A stretch of 64,000 nt of DNA from Sphagnum compactum (taxonomy: Eukaryota), in the NCBI GenBank assembly GCA_965153455.1, contig OZ234493.1, positions 558,001-622,000 on the forward strand, given 5' to 3'. Of this stretch, positions 37,901 to 49,519 are shown piece after piece (position 1 is the stretch's first letter; the number at the start of each line of letters is the position of its first letter). The notes under the pieces are model-generated. The model made no database searches, was not told where the DNA came from, and saw nothing but the letters and a program-made list of their open reading frames with translations. The position numbers and the translations under genes were made by a program.

Positions 37901-40295
37901 CTCTTTCCCAAGCTTTTCCTAACATGAAGTGGATGGTTGAACCACCCACACAAGGCAACTCATGTGTCTTAACTCGCACAATCCCACTTTTAGATGGGAT
38001 TCTAACTAACCTATTGTGCCCTTCTATGAGCACATTGTTTTGGGTGATGAACTCCATTCCAAGAACGCAATCCATTCCACCGAAGGTGGAAATTAACAAG
38101 TCCACCTTTCCTCTCCAATTTCCCAATTGGAGAGGCACTCCCTTTGCTTGTAGTGTAGTTGGATGGGGAACCCCATCCGCGAAATGCACCTCAATGGGTG
38201 CCTTGAGCTCCTCCAAGTGGAGCTCCATCCTTTCGGCGCCCTCCCGAGTTATGAAGTTGTGGGAGGCCCCTGTGTCCAAAAGACATAAGATTTCTCGTTT
38301 AGCAATCTTCCCTTTCAAGAATATAAGTCGATTGCATTCCGGTTGGGCTAAAGTGGCATTGAGAGCAAGTACCTTAGAGCTCCCAACCCCCGTTTTGGAT
38401 TTGGGACAATCTTTGGAGTAATGCCCCACCTCGTTGCAATTGAAACATGCACCCTTGGGCTTTGCTCCAATGTCTCCCTTGGTTTGGCTCCCTTTGAAAG
38501 GAGCCCCGTTTTTCACGAAGCTACCTTTTGGCTTGAACCCCGAGCCTTGGAATTGTTTTGGCTTATCCTTGGTCGGGCTACCTTGCCCCCGGTTCCATTC
38601 CCCCTCATGCCTGGGCTTTTTGTGAAGGAACTTGTTGTCCTTCTTGAACCCGGATTTGTCGCTCCGCCCCACATCCGAGAAGTTCTCCACTTTCGTGATG
38701 GCCTCGGATAAGGAGGCGGGCCAACTCTCCTCAAGCTTTCGCTTGGCCCAAGTCGGAAGTCCCATCACGAATTGGCACACACGATCCAACTCGTGCATGT
38801 GCCGGATCTCCAACATGAGTTCGGAATAGGCCCTCACATATTGCCTCAAATTTTCATTCGTGGCATTCACAAGGTCGCGGAGTTTGCACCTAGAAATGTA
38901 GTCGGAGTTTCTCGGAATGAACTCCGCCTCAATGCGATCCTTGAAAAACTCCCACGTATAGCCATGGTTTTTGCCCTCCTCTTGTCTCACCGTCCGCCAC
39001 CATGTGGCGGCATAGCCTTTCAAGTAGGATTGGGCAAGCTCCACGGAGGAATTCCGTCCAACCTTGGTGGCATGGATATAATCATCCATTTCCGCAAGCC
39101 AAGCATCCACCACCTTACGGTCTCGGGCACCATCGAAATTCCCGGGCTTGGCCGGTTGAAACCTTTCACCTTTGGAGGCCCCCGTTTTGAGGGCCGCCAC
39201 CAACTCACCAAAGTCGGGCCTATTCATCTTGAGGAGGACTTCAAGTTGCTCCGGGGTGAATAGGATCGAGCTCCGTTGTTCCTCCTCACTCTCGGGTTCA
39301 ACCTCGGGCTCATCTTGGTCCTCCCGGAAGTTTGGTTCCTCCCCAATCGATTCCGGCGGGGGTACTAGGTCATGGACGGGCTCCTCGGACCTAGGCTCTG
39401 GGGCTAGCTTCCGGTTCTTCTTGGGTGCCATCCCAAAAATGTCGTTGAGCTTCACCTTGAGCTCTGATATCACGTGAAGCGCTCCTTAGTCCCGAGGTGA
39501 ACCCACTTGAGGGTTCACCAATGTGAAGTTGCGGAAAGTGGGGACCAAAGGGGCACGCTCCCGACTTCCAACTCTAGAAAGGGGTAGAGGGTCGAGTTGG
39601 AAGCCCCGGGATTAGACTAGGAAGATGGATTAGTAGATCAAGCACGAATCTGCATCCAAAACCAACCACAAATGGGTTAGTTCACATTCGGGAACACCCT
39701 TGGGTGTTGGGACAAGCCACGGGCACTTTGGACTACTTGACTCACCACGGCCCGGACTTGGGGGAAGCCACCACCTTCCCCCTTATAGTTATCTCTGCAG
39801 CTCACCACGGAGGCTACATCCAAATGGCACATTTTGTTGGGACTCCCGAAATGGAGTCCCGAAACTGTCCCGGCGGGACTCCCGGGACTTTGAACGGTCA
39901 TAAGTCCCGATTTCGAAGTCCGATTGCGACGAGGTCTGAACCAAAGTTGTAGCCCTTGTCGAGATCTTTCGAACGCCATGTTGCACTCCCTGAGGCAACG
40001 TCGGAAAAGGGTCGATTCCCGACTTTTAGTGGTCGAGAGTCAAATTGTCAGTTTGACTCCCGGCCCTTCTTTTGCCCATAACTTGGGCAGCAGATGTCCG
40101 AATGGCCAATACGAGGCCATTTTCGATATCTACGTTTCAAGACCTTTCCAATGACACTAAGAACACCCCAATGCATGGTGTTTTGGGCCTTGCTGTCGAG
40201 CTCTGAACATTCGGGAGTCCCGGAGGACTCCAAACCTCCAACTTTTCCAAGTGTTGGGCTTCACCCCCACACTTGGACAAAGTGGGGTTGCGACA

Positions 40296-43200
40296 AAGAA
40301 GGATAACAAGTTCCTTCACAAAAAGCCAAGGCATGAGGGGGAATGGAACCGGGGGCAAGGTAGCCTAACCAAGGAAAATCACAAACAGTTCCAAGGCTCG
40401 GGGTTGAAACCAAAAGGTAGCTTCGTGAAGAAGGGGGCTCCCTTCAAAGGGAGCCAACCCAAGGGAGATTTTGGAGCTAAAGCCAAGGGAGCATGTTTCA
40501 ATTGCAACAAGGTGGGGCATTAGTCCAAAGATTGTCCCAAATCCAAATCGGGAGTGGGGAGGTCTAAGGTACTTGCTCTCAATGCCACTTTAGCTCAACC
40601 GGAATGCAATCGACTTATATTCTTAAAAGGGAAGATTGCTAAGCGAGAAATCTTATGTCTCTTAGACACAGGGGCCTCCCACACTTTCATAACTCGGGAG
40701 AGCGCTGAAAGGATGGAGCTCCACTTGCAGGAGCTCAAAGCACCCATCGAGGTGCATTTCGCGGATGGGGTTCCCCATCCAACTACACTACAAGCAAAGG
40801 GAGTGCTTCTCCAATTGGGAAATTGGAGAGGAAAAGTGGATTTGCTAGTTTCCACCTTGGGTGGAATGGAGTGCGTTTTAGGAATGGAATTCATTACCCA
40901 AAACAATGTGCTCATTGAAGGGCACAATAGGTTAGTTAGAATCCCATCTAAAAGTGGGATTGTGCGAGTCAAGGCACATGAGTTGCCTTGTGTGGGTGGC
41001 CCAACCATCCACTTTATGTTAGGAAAAGCTTGGGAAAGAAAACTCGTGGGGGGATTTGGCATGATGTGTGTCATGCGGGTGTTGGACGAGTATGAGCCCA
41101 AGGAAGCCACCAAGTTGGTGACTTCCGCCAAGTGCATAAAGCAAGTCTTACAAGAGTTCCCGGATGTGATGCCGGAAGAGTTGCCCGAAGACTTGCCCCC
41201 GAGAAGACGAGTTGATCATGCGATTGAAGTGATACTGGGAGTGGAACCCCCCGTCAAGGCCCCATATAGAATGAGCCACGAGGAGTTGAAGGAACTCAAG
41301 GTTCAACTTGAGGAACTCCTCGCGAAAGGTTACATCAAACTAAGCAAGTCACCATATGGGGCACCCATCCTTTTTGTTCACAAGAAGGATGGGACTTTGA
41401 GGATGTGTGTTGATTATAGAGCACTCAATAAGGCAACGGTGAAAAACCGTTATTCTTTACCTCGCATCGATGATCTATTTGATCGTCTCTCGGGAGCCAA
41501 AGTTTTTAGTAGAATCGATCTACGTTCGGGGTATTACCAAATAAGGATCGCGGAAGGGGACGAAGAAAAGACCGCTTGTCGCACAAGGTATGGGTCATAC
41601 GAATTCTTGATGATGCCCTTTGGGCTCACCAATGCACCCGCAACATTTTGCACCCTCATGAATGACATTTTCCGCGAATGGCTTGATGATTTCTTGGTCG
41701 TCTACATAGACGACATTTTTATTTATAGTAGCTCCATGGAGGAGCATGCGAAGCACCTTCGCAAGGTGTTCCAAAGGCTAAGGGAAAACAAGTTGTATGC
41801 CAAGCTCGAGAAGTGCGAATTTGGGTGACGGAAGTGGACTTTCTTGGGCATAAGATAACTCAACAAGGTTTGATGATGGATGATCACAAGGTCAAGGCGA
41901 TTTTGGATTGGGAGCCGCCTAACTCAGTTCCCGCCTTGAGATCCTTTTTAGGATTGGCCTCCTATTATCTCAAGTTCATAAAGAACTTTGCGAGAATAGC
42001 GGCCCTTTTGACAAACTTCTTGAAGAAGTCCGCCGTCACTTATGATTGGGATGAAGCATGCGACGAAGCCTTTGGAACGTTGAAGGGCATTTTGGTGAAG
42101 GCTCCGGTGTTGAAATTGCTCGACTTTGACAAGGAGTTTGAAATCCATTCCGACGCCTTCGACTTTGCAATTGGGGGTGTCATAGTGCAAGATGGAAGAC
42201 CGGTGGCCTTTGAAAGCAAGAAGTTGAGTGAAACGGAGAGAAGGTGGCCAACACACGAGAAGGGAATGTGGGCGGTCATACATTGTCTCAAGTCTTGGGG
42301 CCATTATATAGGCTCCAAAGACATAGTGGTGTGGACCGACAATGTGACCTTGAAGTACTTTGCAACTCAACCCAAGTTGTCATGAAAACAACAAAGGTGG
42401 CAAGACACATTGGCTTTGTTCAATGTGGACATCCGGCACAAGCCGGGAAAGGAGAACATAGTCCCCGATGCCTTGAGCCAGAATCACCAACTTAGAATGG
42501 TGTATGTTGGAGAGTCGGAACTTCAAAAAGAAGTTAGATTAGCAAACCGCCGGGATGCTTGTGCCAAGGAAGCAAGGCAAAGCATCCAAAATGGAGCCAA
42601 GTCCCACTTCCATTTGAAGAATGGATTGTTGTGGTGCAAACAAAACCGACTCTATGTACCGGAAGGGAAACTTAGGGACACACTTTTGAAGGAATGTCAT
42701 GATGGGCCGCTTGCGGGCCATGGTGGTGCAAAGTGCACCACAACATTCCTAAAGAAGTCCTACTATTGGCCCAACTTGAAGGATGATGAGGAGGAGTACG
42801 TGAAAACTTGTTTAACTTGTCAACAAAACCGGACCCTCAACAAGAAGGAAGCGGGTTTGTTGCAACCTTTGCCAATTCCCGAAGGGCCGTCGGAAAGTGT
42901 GTCAATGGACTTTATGGTAAGTTTGCCCCCTTCAAAGGGGTTCGATGCCATCATGGTTGTGGTGGATCCATTTAGCAAAATGGCACACTTCATTCCCACA
43001 AAGGATGAAGCCACGGCTCAAGAGACGGGGAGGTTGTTCTTCTCCCACATTTTCAAGCATCATGGCCTTCCAAAGGACATAGTGTCGGATCGGGATCCAA
43101 AGTTCACGAGTAAGTTTTGGAGGGCTTTGTGAAAGCGAATGGGGTCGGAACTCAAAATGAGCACTTCATTCCGCCCCCAAACCGAGAGGGTGAACTTGGT

Positions 43201-45576
43201 GATCCAACAATTCCTAAGGAATTATGTGGCGGCGGATCAACAAGAGTGGGTGGATCATTTGGAGTTAGCCGAGTTTTGTTACAACAACTCGGTACACTCC
43301 GCAACGGGATCCACCCCATTCTAAATGGTGACGGGCAAGTCACCAATTGTGCCCATGACTTGGGCCGCACAAGGACAACCTTCGATTGATGCAAGTGAGG
43401 AAGTGCCAATGGTCACACAACTTGATGAAGAAAGAAAGCGCTTGTGGGAGTTGGTAAAAGCCAACTTGGAAAAGGCGCACAAAAGATAGAAGGATTTTGC
43501 GGACAAGTCCCGACGAGAGGTGAAGTTTCAAGAAGGAGACGAGGTGTGGTTGAACATAAAGAACTTCCGGTTGCCCGAAGGGTTAAGTCATAAATTTATA
43601 GGCCCATATGCGGGTCCATTCAAAGTGTTGGAAAAGAAACTTTCCGACACTTATAAGTTAGAATTACCGGAAAATCTTAGAGTTCATCCCACATTTCATG
43701 TTTCCCTTTTGAAGCCGGTCTCCCGCGACGCCTCAAGGCCTAATAGAGAGCATCATTCAAGGCCTTCACCGGACTTGGTTCATAATGAACCAGAGTTTGA
43801 GGTAGAGGCCGTGCTTAAATCAAGGCAACTTAGAGGGCGAGAGCGGGAATACTTAGTTAAGTGAAAAGGCTACCATGCAATAGAGGCTTTTTGGGTGAAT
43901 GAATTCGACATGGAACATGTCCAAGAAGCCATAGAAGAATTCCACACTAGACCGGGAAAGAAGAGACGTAGAGCGTGATGAGGAGATCACCTTTTTTGTA
44001 GAGGGGGAGAGTTTCATAAAATGTACCACATCAAGTTGCAAGTGAAATAAAAAGGGCTTTAAAACTTTCAAGAGATGGTATCATGAAAAATTTGTTAAGG
44101 CAAATAGGGTTGTGGCATAGATAAATGGAACTTCTTGCGTAGGCCAAATCAAAATCGGACTCCTACTTTGGGGTTGAGGAAACTTGGCCCCAAGGGAGGA
44201 GGCAAACAAAGTGAGCTTGCGGGGACATGCACATGCCTTAAGTGCATCCTGAAGGGTTGGTTGGTAGTGTGGTCAACGCGGGAAGTCATGACCCTGCTCC
44301 CGTACTCTAAGTGTAGTTTGGGACTTGGGTTTGGCAAATCTAAGTGTTCTTTCTCGTACCTTGATAAGCAAATCTTTTAGTTAAGACTTGGTTGTTGTGA
44401 CCAAGGCGCGAGATAGGGAAAGGAGTCACGTCAAGTAGCTTAGGTCAAGAGTAGACTTGACTTAAGTCCTCATGAAGGGAAGGATGGAAAAAGGTTCCTC
44501 CCAAATGAGGGTTTCGTCAATTAGACTAGTTTAGTCTTTTGACGAAGCAAAGAAAGAGGGTTCCCTACAAGACCCTCTTGGACTTGTCAAGAAAGTGTTG
44601 GAAACTTGGGGACGCCTAAGTTAGCTTGAGACAAGGTCCAAGCCGCAAAGAGTCGGCAAATGGCCAAGGATCCAAAAGAAAGCAATTGCAATTGTATGAA
44701 GGAAAATTCTAAGTGTCAATGAGGACATTGACCTCTTTCTTCTAGTGGGGGAGAGTGTCGCAACCCCACTTTGTCCAAGTGTGGGGGTGAAGCCCAACAC
44801 TTGGAAAAGTTGGAGGTTTGGAGTCCTCCGGGACTCCCGAATGTTTAGAGCTCAACAGAAAGGCCCAATACACCTCGCATTGGGGTGTTCTTGGTGTCAT
44901 TGAAAAGGTCTTGAAACTTAGATATCGAAAATGGCCTCGCATTGGTCATTTGGGCTTTTGGAGCCCAAGTTATGGGCAAAAGAAGGGTCGGGAGTCAAAC
45001 TGGCAGTTTGACTCTCGGCCACTAAAAGTCGGGAATCGACCTCTTCCCGACATCCGATTTGAGAGTGCAACATGGCGTTGAAAAGATCTCGACAAGGGCT
45101 ACAACTTTGGTTGAGACCTTGTCACGATCAACTTCTGCAATCGGGAGTTATGGCCGTTCGAAATTTTGGGAGTCCAGCCGGGACAATTTCAGGACTCCAT
45201 TTCGGGAGTCCCAACAAAATGTGCCATTTGGATGTAGCCTCCGTGGTGAGCTGCAGAGATAACTATAAGGGGGAAGGTGGTGGCTTCCCCCAAGTCCGGG
45301 CCGTGGTGAGTCAAGTAGTCCGAAGTGCCCGTGGCTTGTCCCAACACCTAAGGGTGTTCCCGAATGTGAACTAACCCATTTGTGGTTGGTTTTGGATGCA
45401 GATTTGTGCTTGATCTACTAGTCCATCTTCCTAGTCTAATCCCGGGGCTCCCAACTCGACCCTCTACCCCTTTCTAGAGTTGAAAGTCGGGAGCGTGCCC
45501 TTCGGTCCCAACTTTTCCCAACTTCACGTTGGTGAACCCTTCAAGTGGGTTCACCCCGGGACCAAGGAGCGCGTCA
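40296..45576 (+). mobile_element. 5'-truncated Galadriel-like element C (mid-gag to 3' LTR 44756-45576)
   Basis: Begins abruptly at gag [18 protein letters not shown]-chromodomain with several stops and frameshifts; PPT 44744-44755; LTR ends GCGTCA and is followed by E RT sequence. Confidence 0.93.
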
Positions 45577-48112
45577 GGTCTCCTAGATCGACTACGTACC
45601 GGGAAGATCTTCACCAAGCTTGACCTCCGTGGAGCCTACAACTTACTCAGGATTCGCCCTGGTGATGAATGGAAGACAGCTTTCCGCACACGCTATGGCC
45701 ACTTCGAATACATGGTCATGCCCTTCGGCCTCACCAATGCACCTGAAGTCTTTCAGCATCTGATGAATGATATCTTCCGGGATTACATCGACGAATTTGT
45801 CGTGGTCTATTTGGATGACATTTTAATCTTTCCAAGGACCAGGAAACCCACGACAAACATGTACAATTGGTGCTTGTGACGCTGCGGGAACATGGCTTAT
45901 ACGCCAAGTTGGAAAAATGTGAATTCGACAAATCTTCAGTGGCGTTCCTCGGCTACGTGATCTCTCCAGATGGCATTTTCATGGACAAGTCAAAGGTCGA
46001 GACCATCCAGTGTTGGGCTACTCCATCCTCGGTCAAGGACGTTCAACGCTTTCTAGGGTTTGCCAACTTCTATCGTCGGTTTATCAAAGGCTACTCCAAG
46101 ATCACAACACCGTTAATAACCCTGACTTGCAAAGACAAGCCCTTCTCGTGGAATCCAACGGCCCAGGCTGCTTTTGATACTCTCAAGATGGCATTCACCT
46201 CTGCACCCATCCTGATACATCCCGATCCTACCAAGCCATTCATTGTGGAAACGGACGCTTCAGATTTTGCCTTGGGAGCTATTTTATCTCAATTTGGAAT
46301 AGATGGGTTGCTACATCCAGTTGGTTTTTATTCACGGAAGTTAACCAGTGCCGAAATCAACTACCAGGTCTACGATAAGGAACTTCTGGCAATCATCACG
46401 GCATTCGAGCAGTGGAGACCGTATCTTGCCGGAGCTCAACATCGAGTCCAAGTTCTGACAGATCACAAGAATCTCCTTTATTTCACAACTACTTGGACCT
46501 TAAATCGTCGCCAGGCACGCTGGTCTATCTTCCTAGCTGATTTCGACTTCGAAATTCAGTATCAACCCGGCACCCAGCAAAGGAAAGCTGACGCGCTATC
46601 TCGTCGTTCAGAATATGAACTTCGAGCGGGGGATGAGGTCTACGGCCAGCAGAACCAGACTTTACTCAACCCCGAGCAACTTCGAGTTGCAGCAACAGTC
46701 AGCACCCTCCCAGACTCATACCTTGTCAGGGACATCAAGATGGCAACTAAGGAAGACACCTGGGCTACCATCATCAAGAAGGAACTCGAGGAACGACCAA
46801 GGAACCCAAATCGTGATGACTTGGATCAATTTGAGCAGCAAGACGGACTTCTCCTTTGAAATAACCTGATTTATGTACCCGAAGGACCTATACGCCTAAA
46901 AATCCTGAGGGAATGCCATGACAACACCCTGGCAGGTCACTTTGGAATGGCACGGACTCACGAACTAGTGTCAAGGACTTACTGGTGGCCCAAAATGAAC
47001 AAGATGCTACGGGAGTATGTCAAGTCTTGTGATACATGTGCTCGATCCAAGGCTCCCAGGCATCGCCCGTTTGGACTCCTACAGCCTCTGTCGATTCCTA
47101 GCCGACCTTGGGGATCTATTGCAATGGACTTCATCACGGACCTCCCTACTGTTAGAACCAAGAATTCAATACTGGTTGTGGTCGATCGACTCACCAAAAT
47201 GGCCCATTTCACCCCTTGTTCCAAGTCAATCACGGCAGAAGAGATAGCTCAGTTAATTGTGCACGGGATCGTCCGACTGCATGGACTCCCCGAGGAAATT
47301 GTGTCCGACAGAGGTCCTCAGTTTGCATCCAAGTTCTGGCATCGTCTATTCGAGCTTCTTGGAGTTGACATTCGGCTATCTTCAGCTTTCCACCCTAAGA
47401 CAGATGGACAAACCGAACGGACAAACTAGACACTCGAGCAATACCTTCGCTGCACTGTGAACTACCAACAGGACGACTGGCTGGACCTACTATTTCAAGC
47501 AGAGTTTGCTTATAATAACACAACACATGCATCGACTGGGATCAGTCCATTCTTTGCCAATTACGGTTTTCATCCCAGGTTCAGCCTTGAAATTCCTGGA
47601 GACTCCGTAAACCCCTCGGCTGAAGAAAGGGCCAATTGTAATCCAACTTCAAGGTTGGAGACAAGGTCTGGCTTCTCAGAAAGAACATTGCTACCACTCG
47701 CCCATGTGCCAAGTTGGATTACAAGCGCCTCGGACCTTTCAAAATCGCCAAATTTGTTGGTCTAATGGCTTGCCAGTTGGAGCTTCCACCCCAGTTCAAA
47801 ATCCACAATGTTTTCCATGTCTCCCTGCTTGAGCCCTATCATGAAAACCCGATCCTAGAACGTCATCAAGAACCCCCAGCTCCAGTCGAAATTGAAGGCC
47901 AAGAAGAGTTTGAAGTTCAGGAGGTCTTGGACTCCAAGAAGATTCGTGGAAAGCTCCTGTACCTTGTCTTTTGGCGAGGTTATCCTCCTTTTGAAGCTAC
48001 TTGGGAGCCTGCTGGAAACCTAGGTCATGCCGAAGACTTAGTTAATCAGTTTCACCAACGATATCCTAACAAACCGGCTCCATCTAGAAGATGTCACTTG
48101 AGGAGAGGATAA

Positions 48113-49075
48113 TGTCATGGCCTAGGATATTTTGGGATACTTTTGGCAATGTCATGTTGTCGCAACCCCACTTTGTCCAAGTGTGGGGGTGAAGCCCAAC
48201 ACTTGGAAAAATTGGAGGTTTGGAGTCCTCCGGGACTCCCGAATGTTCAGAGCTCGACAACAAGGCCCAAAACACCTTGCATTGGGGTGTTCTTGGTGTC
48301 ATTGCAAAGGTCTTGAAACTTAGATATCGAAAATGGCCTCGCATTGGCCATTTGGACATCTGAAGCCCAAGTTATGGGCAAAAGAAGGGCCGGGAGTCAA
48401 ACTAGCAGTTTGACTCCCGACCACTAAAAGTCGGGAATCGACCATTTCCCGACGTTGCCTCAGGGAGTGCGACATGGCGTTGGAAAGATCTCAACGAGGG
48501 CTACAACTTTGGTTTAAACCTCGTCGCGATCAAATTTCAAAATCGAGAGTTATGACCGTTCAAAGTCTCGGGAGTCCCGCCGGGACAATTTCGGGACTCC
48601 ATTTCGGGAGTCCCAACAAAATGTGCCATTTGGATGTAGCCTCCGTGGTGAGCTGCAGAGATAACTATAAGGGGGAAGGTGGTGGCTTCCCCCAAGTCCG
48701 GGCCGTGGTGAGTCAAGTAGTCCAAAGTGCCCGTGGCTTGTCCCAACACCCAAGGGTGTTCTCGAATGTGAACTAACCCATTTGTGGTTGGTTTTGGATG
48801 CAGATTCGTGCTTGATCTACTAATCCATCTTCCTAGTCTAATCCCGGGGCTCCCAACTCGACCCTCTACCCCTTTCTAGAGTTGGAAGTCGGGAGCGTGC
48901 CCCTTTGGTCCCCACTTTCCGCAACTTCACATTGGTGAACCCTCAAGTGGGTTCACCCCGGGACCAAGGAGCGCGTCACATGTCCTAGGATATTTTGGGA
49001 TACTTTTGGCAATATCATGGCCTAGGATATTTTAGGATACTTTTGGCAATATCATGGCTTAGGATATTTTGGGAC
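48113..49075 (+). repeat. 37-bp tandem repeat (~4 units) in the U3 of the E LTR, split by solo LTR F
   Basis: TGTCATGGCCTAGGATATTTTGGGATACTTTTGGCAA units. Confidence 0.85.
48158..48978 (+). mobile_element. Solo LTR F of the A/B/C family; TSD CATGT
   Basis: 821-bp TGTCGC...GCGTCA with CATGT at 48153-48157 and 48979-48983; no PBS or PPT. Confidence 0.96.
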
Positions 49076-49399
49076 TAGTATGGCTTAGGGTTATAAAAGG
49101 AGATAGTCTCGGGAACAACCCTTTAGCAGATTAACACCAGTTGATGGGTCAATAAAGCTTGTCTTGTCTTGTAATTCTCCACTTGTTTGTAGTCGGTCCA
49201 TAACAAGTGGACCCTCCAGGCTAATGCCAGCTCAGATTGCGCCAGGCTATTAATAGCTCATCACCACAGCACAGCACTGTGTTGATGAGCTATTAATAGC
49301 TATTAGCGTGGCGCAATCCGAGAGCTATCACTACTGACTACTATACGACGAGTCGCCCTATAATCTGCTAACTCAGTCGTTGTAAAGCCCGGGTCCCTC

Positions 49400-49516
49400 G
49401 TACCCACCCATTACCCACCCATGCGTCCAAGCCCATACCCATTACCCACCCATTTACCCATGGGTATGGGTGGGTATTGGGTACCCATGGGTATGGGTAC
49501 CCATTGCAGGGTTCTG
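49400..49516. repeat. TACCCA/TGGGTA palindromic subterminal-type repeats, probably one end of a non-autonomous DNA transposon
   Basis: Clustered ACCCATGGGTATGGGT motifs ending GCAGGGTTCTG. Confidence 0.5.
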
Positions 49517-49519
49517 CTT

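Larger units (their letters stand above)
28341..39431 (-). pseudogene. gag-pol of element B (gag-PR-RT-RH-IN-chromodomain), disrupted
   Basis: Uninterrupted gag-PR-RT frame to TAG at 37029; CCHC knuckle, LLDTGAS, YIDD; frameshift in RNase H, two integrase deletions, insertion of A; chromodomain FEVKAVL...YLVKWKGY at 28341-28540. Confidence 0.92.
26740..40295 (-). mobile_element. Galadriel-like chromovirus element B (interrupted by A; flanks do not match)
   Basis: 3' LTR 26740-27559, PPT 27560-27571, mutated iMet PBS (TGATATCAGAGC) 39461-39472, 5' LTR 39475-40295; flanks GTCTA vs AAGAA. Confidence 0.92.
45577..49205 (+). mobile_element. 5'-truncated Tcn1-like (fungal-type) chromovirus element E: RT-RH-IN-chromodomain, PPT 48100-48112, 3' LTR 48113-49205
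   Basis: [15 protein letters not shown]...[39 protein letters not shown], group I chromodomain FEVQEVLDS...YLVFWRGY...TWEP; LTR TGTCA...TAACA with TATAAAA and AATAAA. Confidence 0.88.

Noticed and set aside
29680..40295. Large inverted duplication of host DNA
   Set aside because: Explained by opposite-orientation nesting of A inside B, with a TSD
25900..48800. Many 60-140 aa ORFs inside LTRs and antisense to pol
   Set aside because: They recur only because the LTRs are repeated, vary in frame between copies and show no domain motifs
48113..49075. CRISPR-like array (37-bp repeats)
   Set aside because: Repeats are head-to-tail without spacers, lie in an LTR, have no cas genes nearby, and the context is eukaryotic
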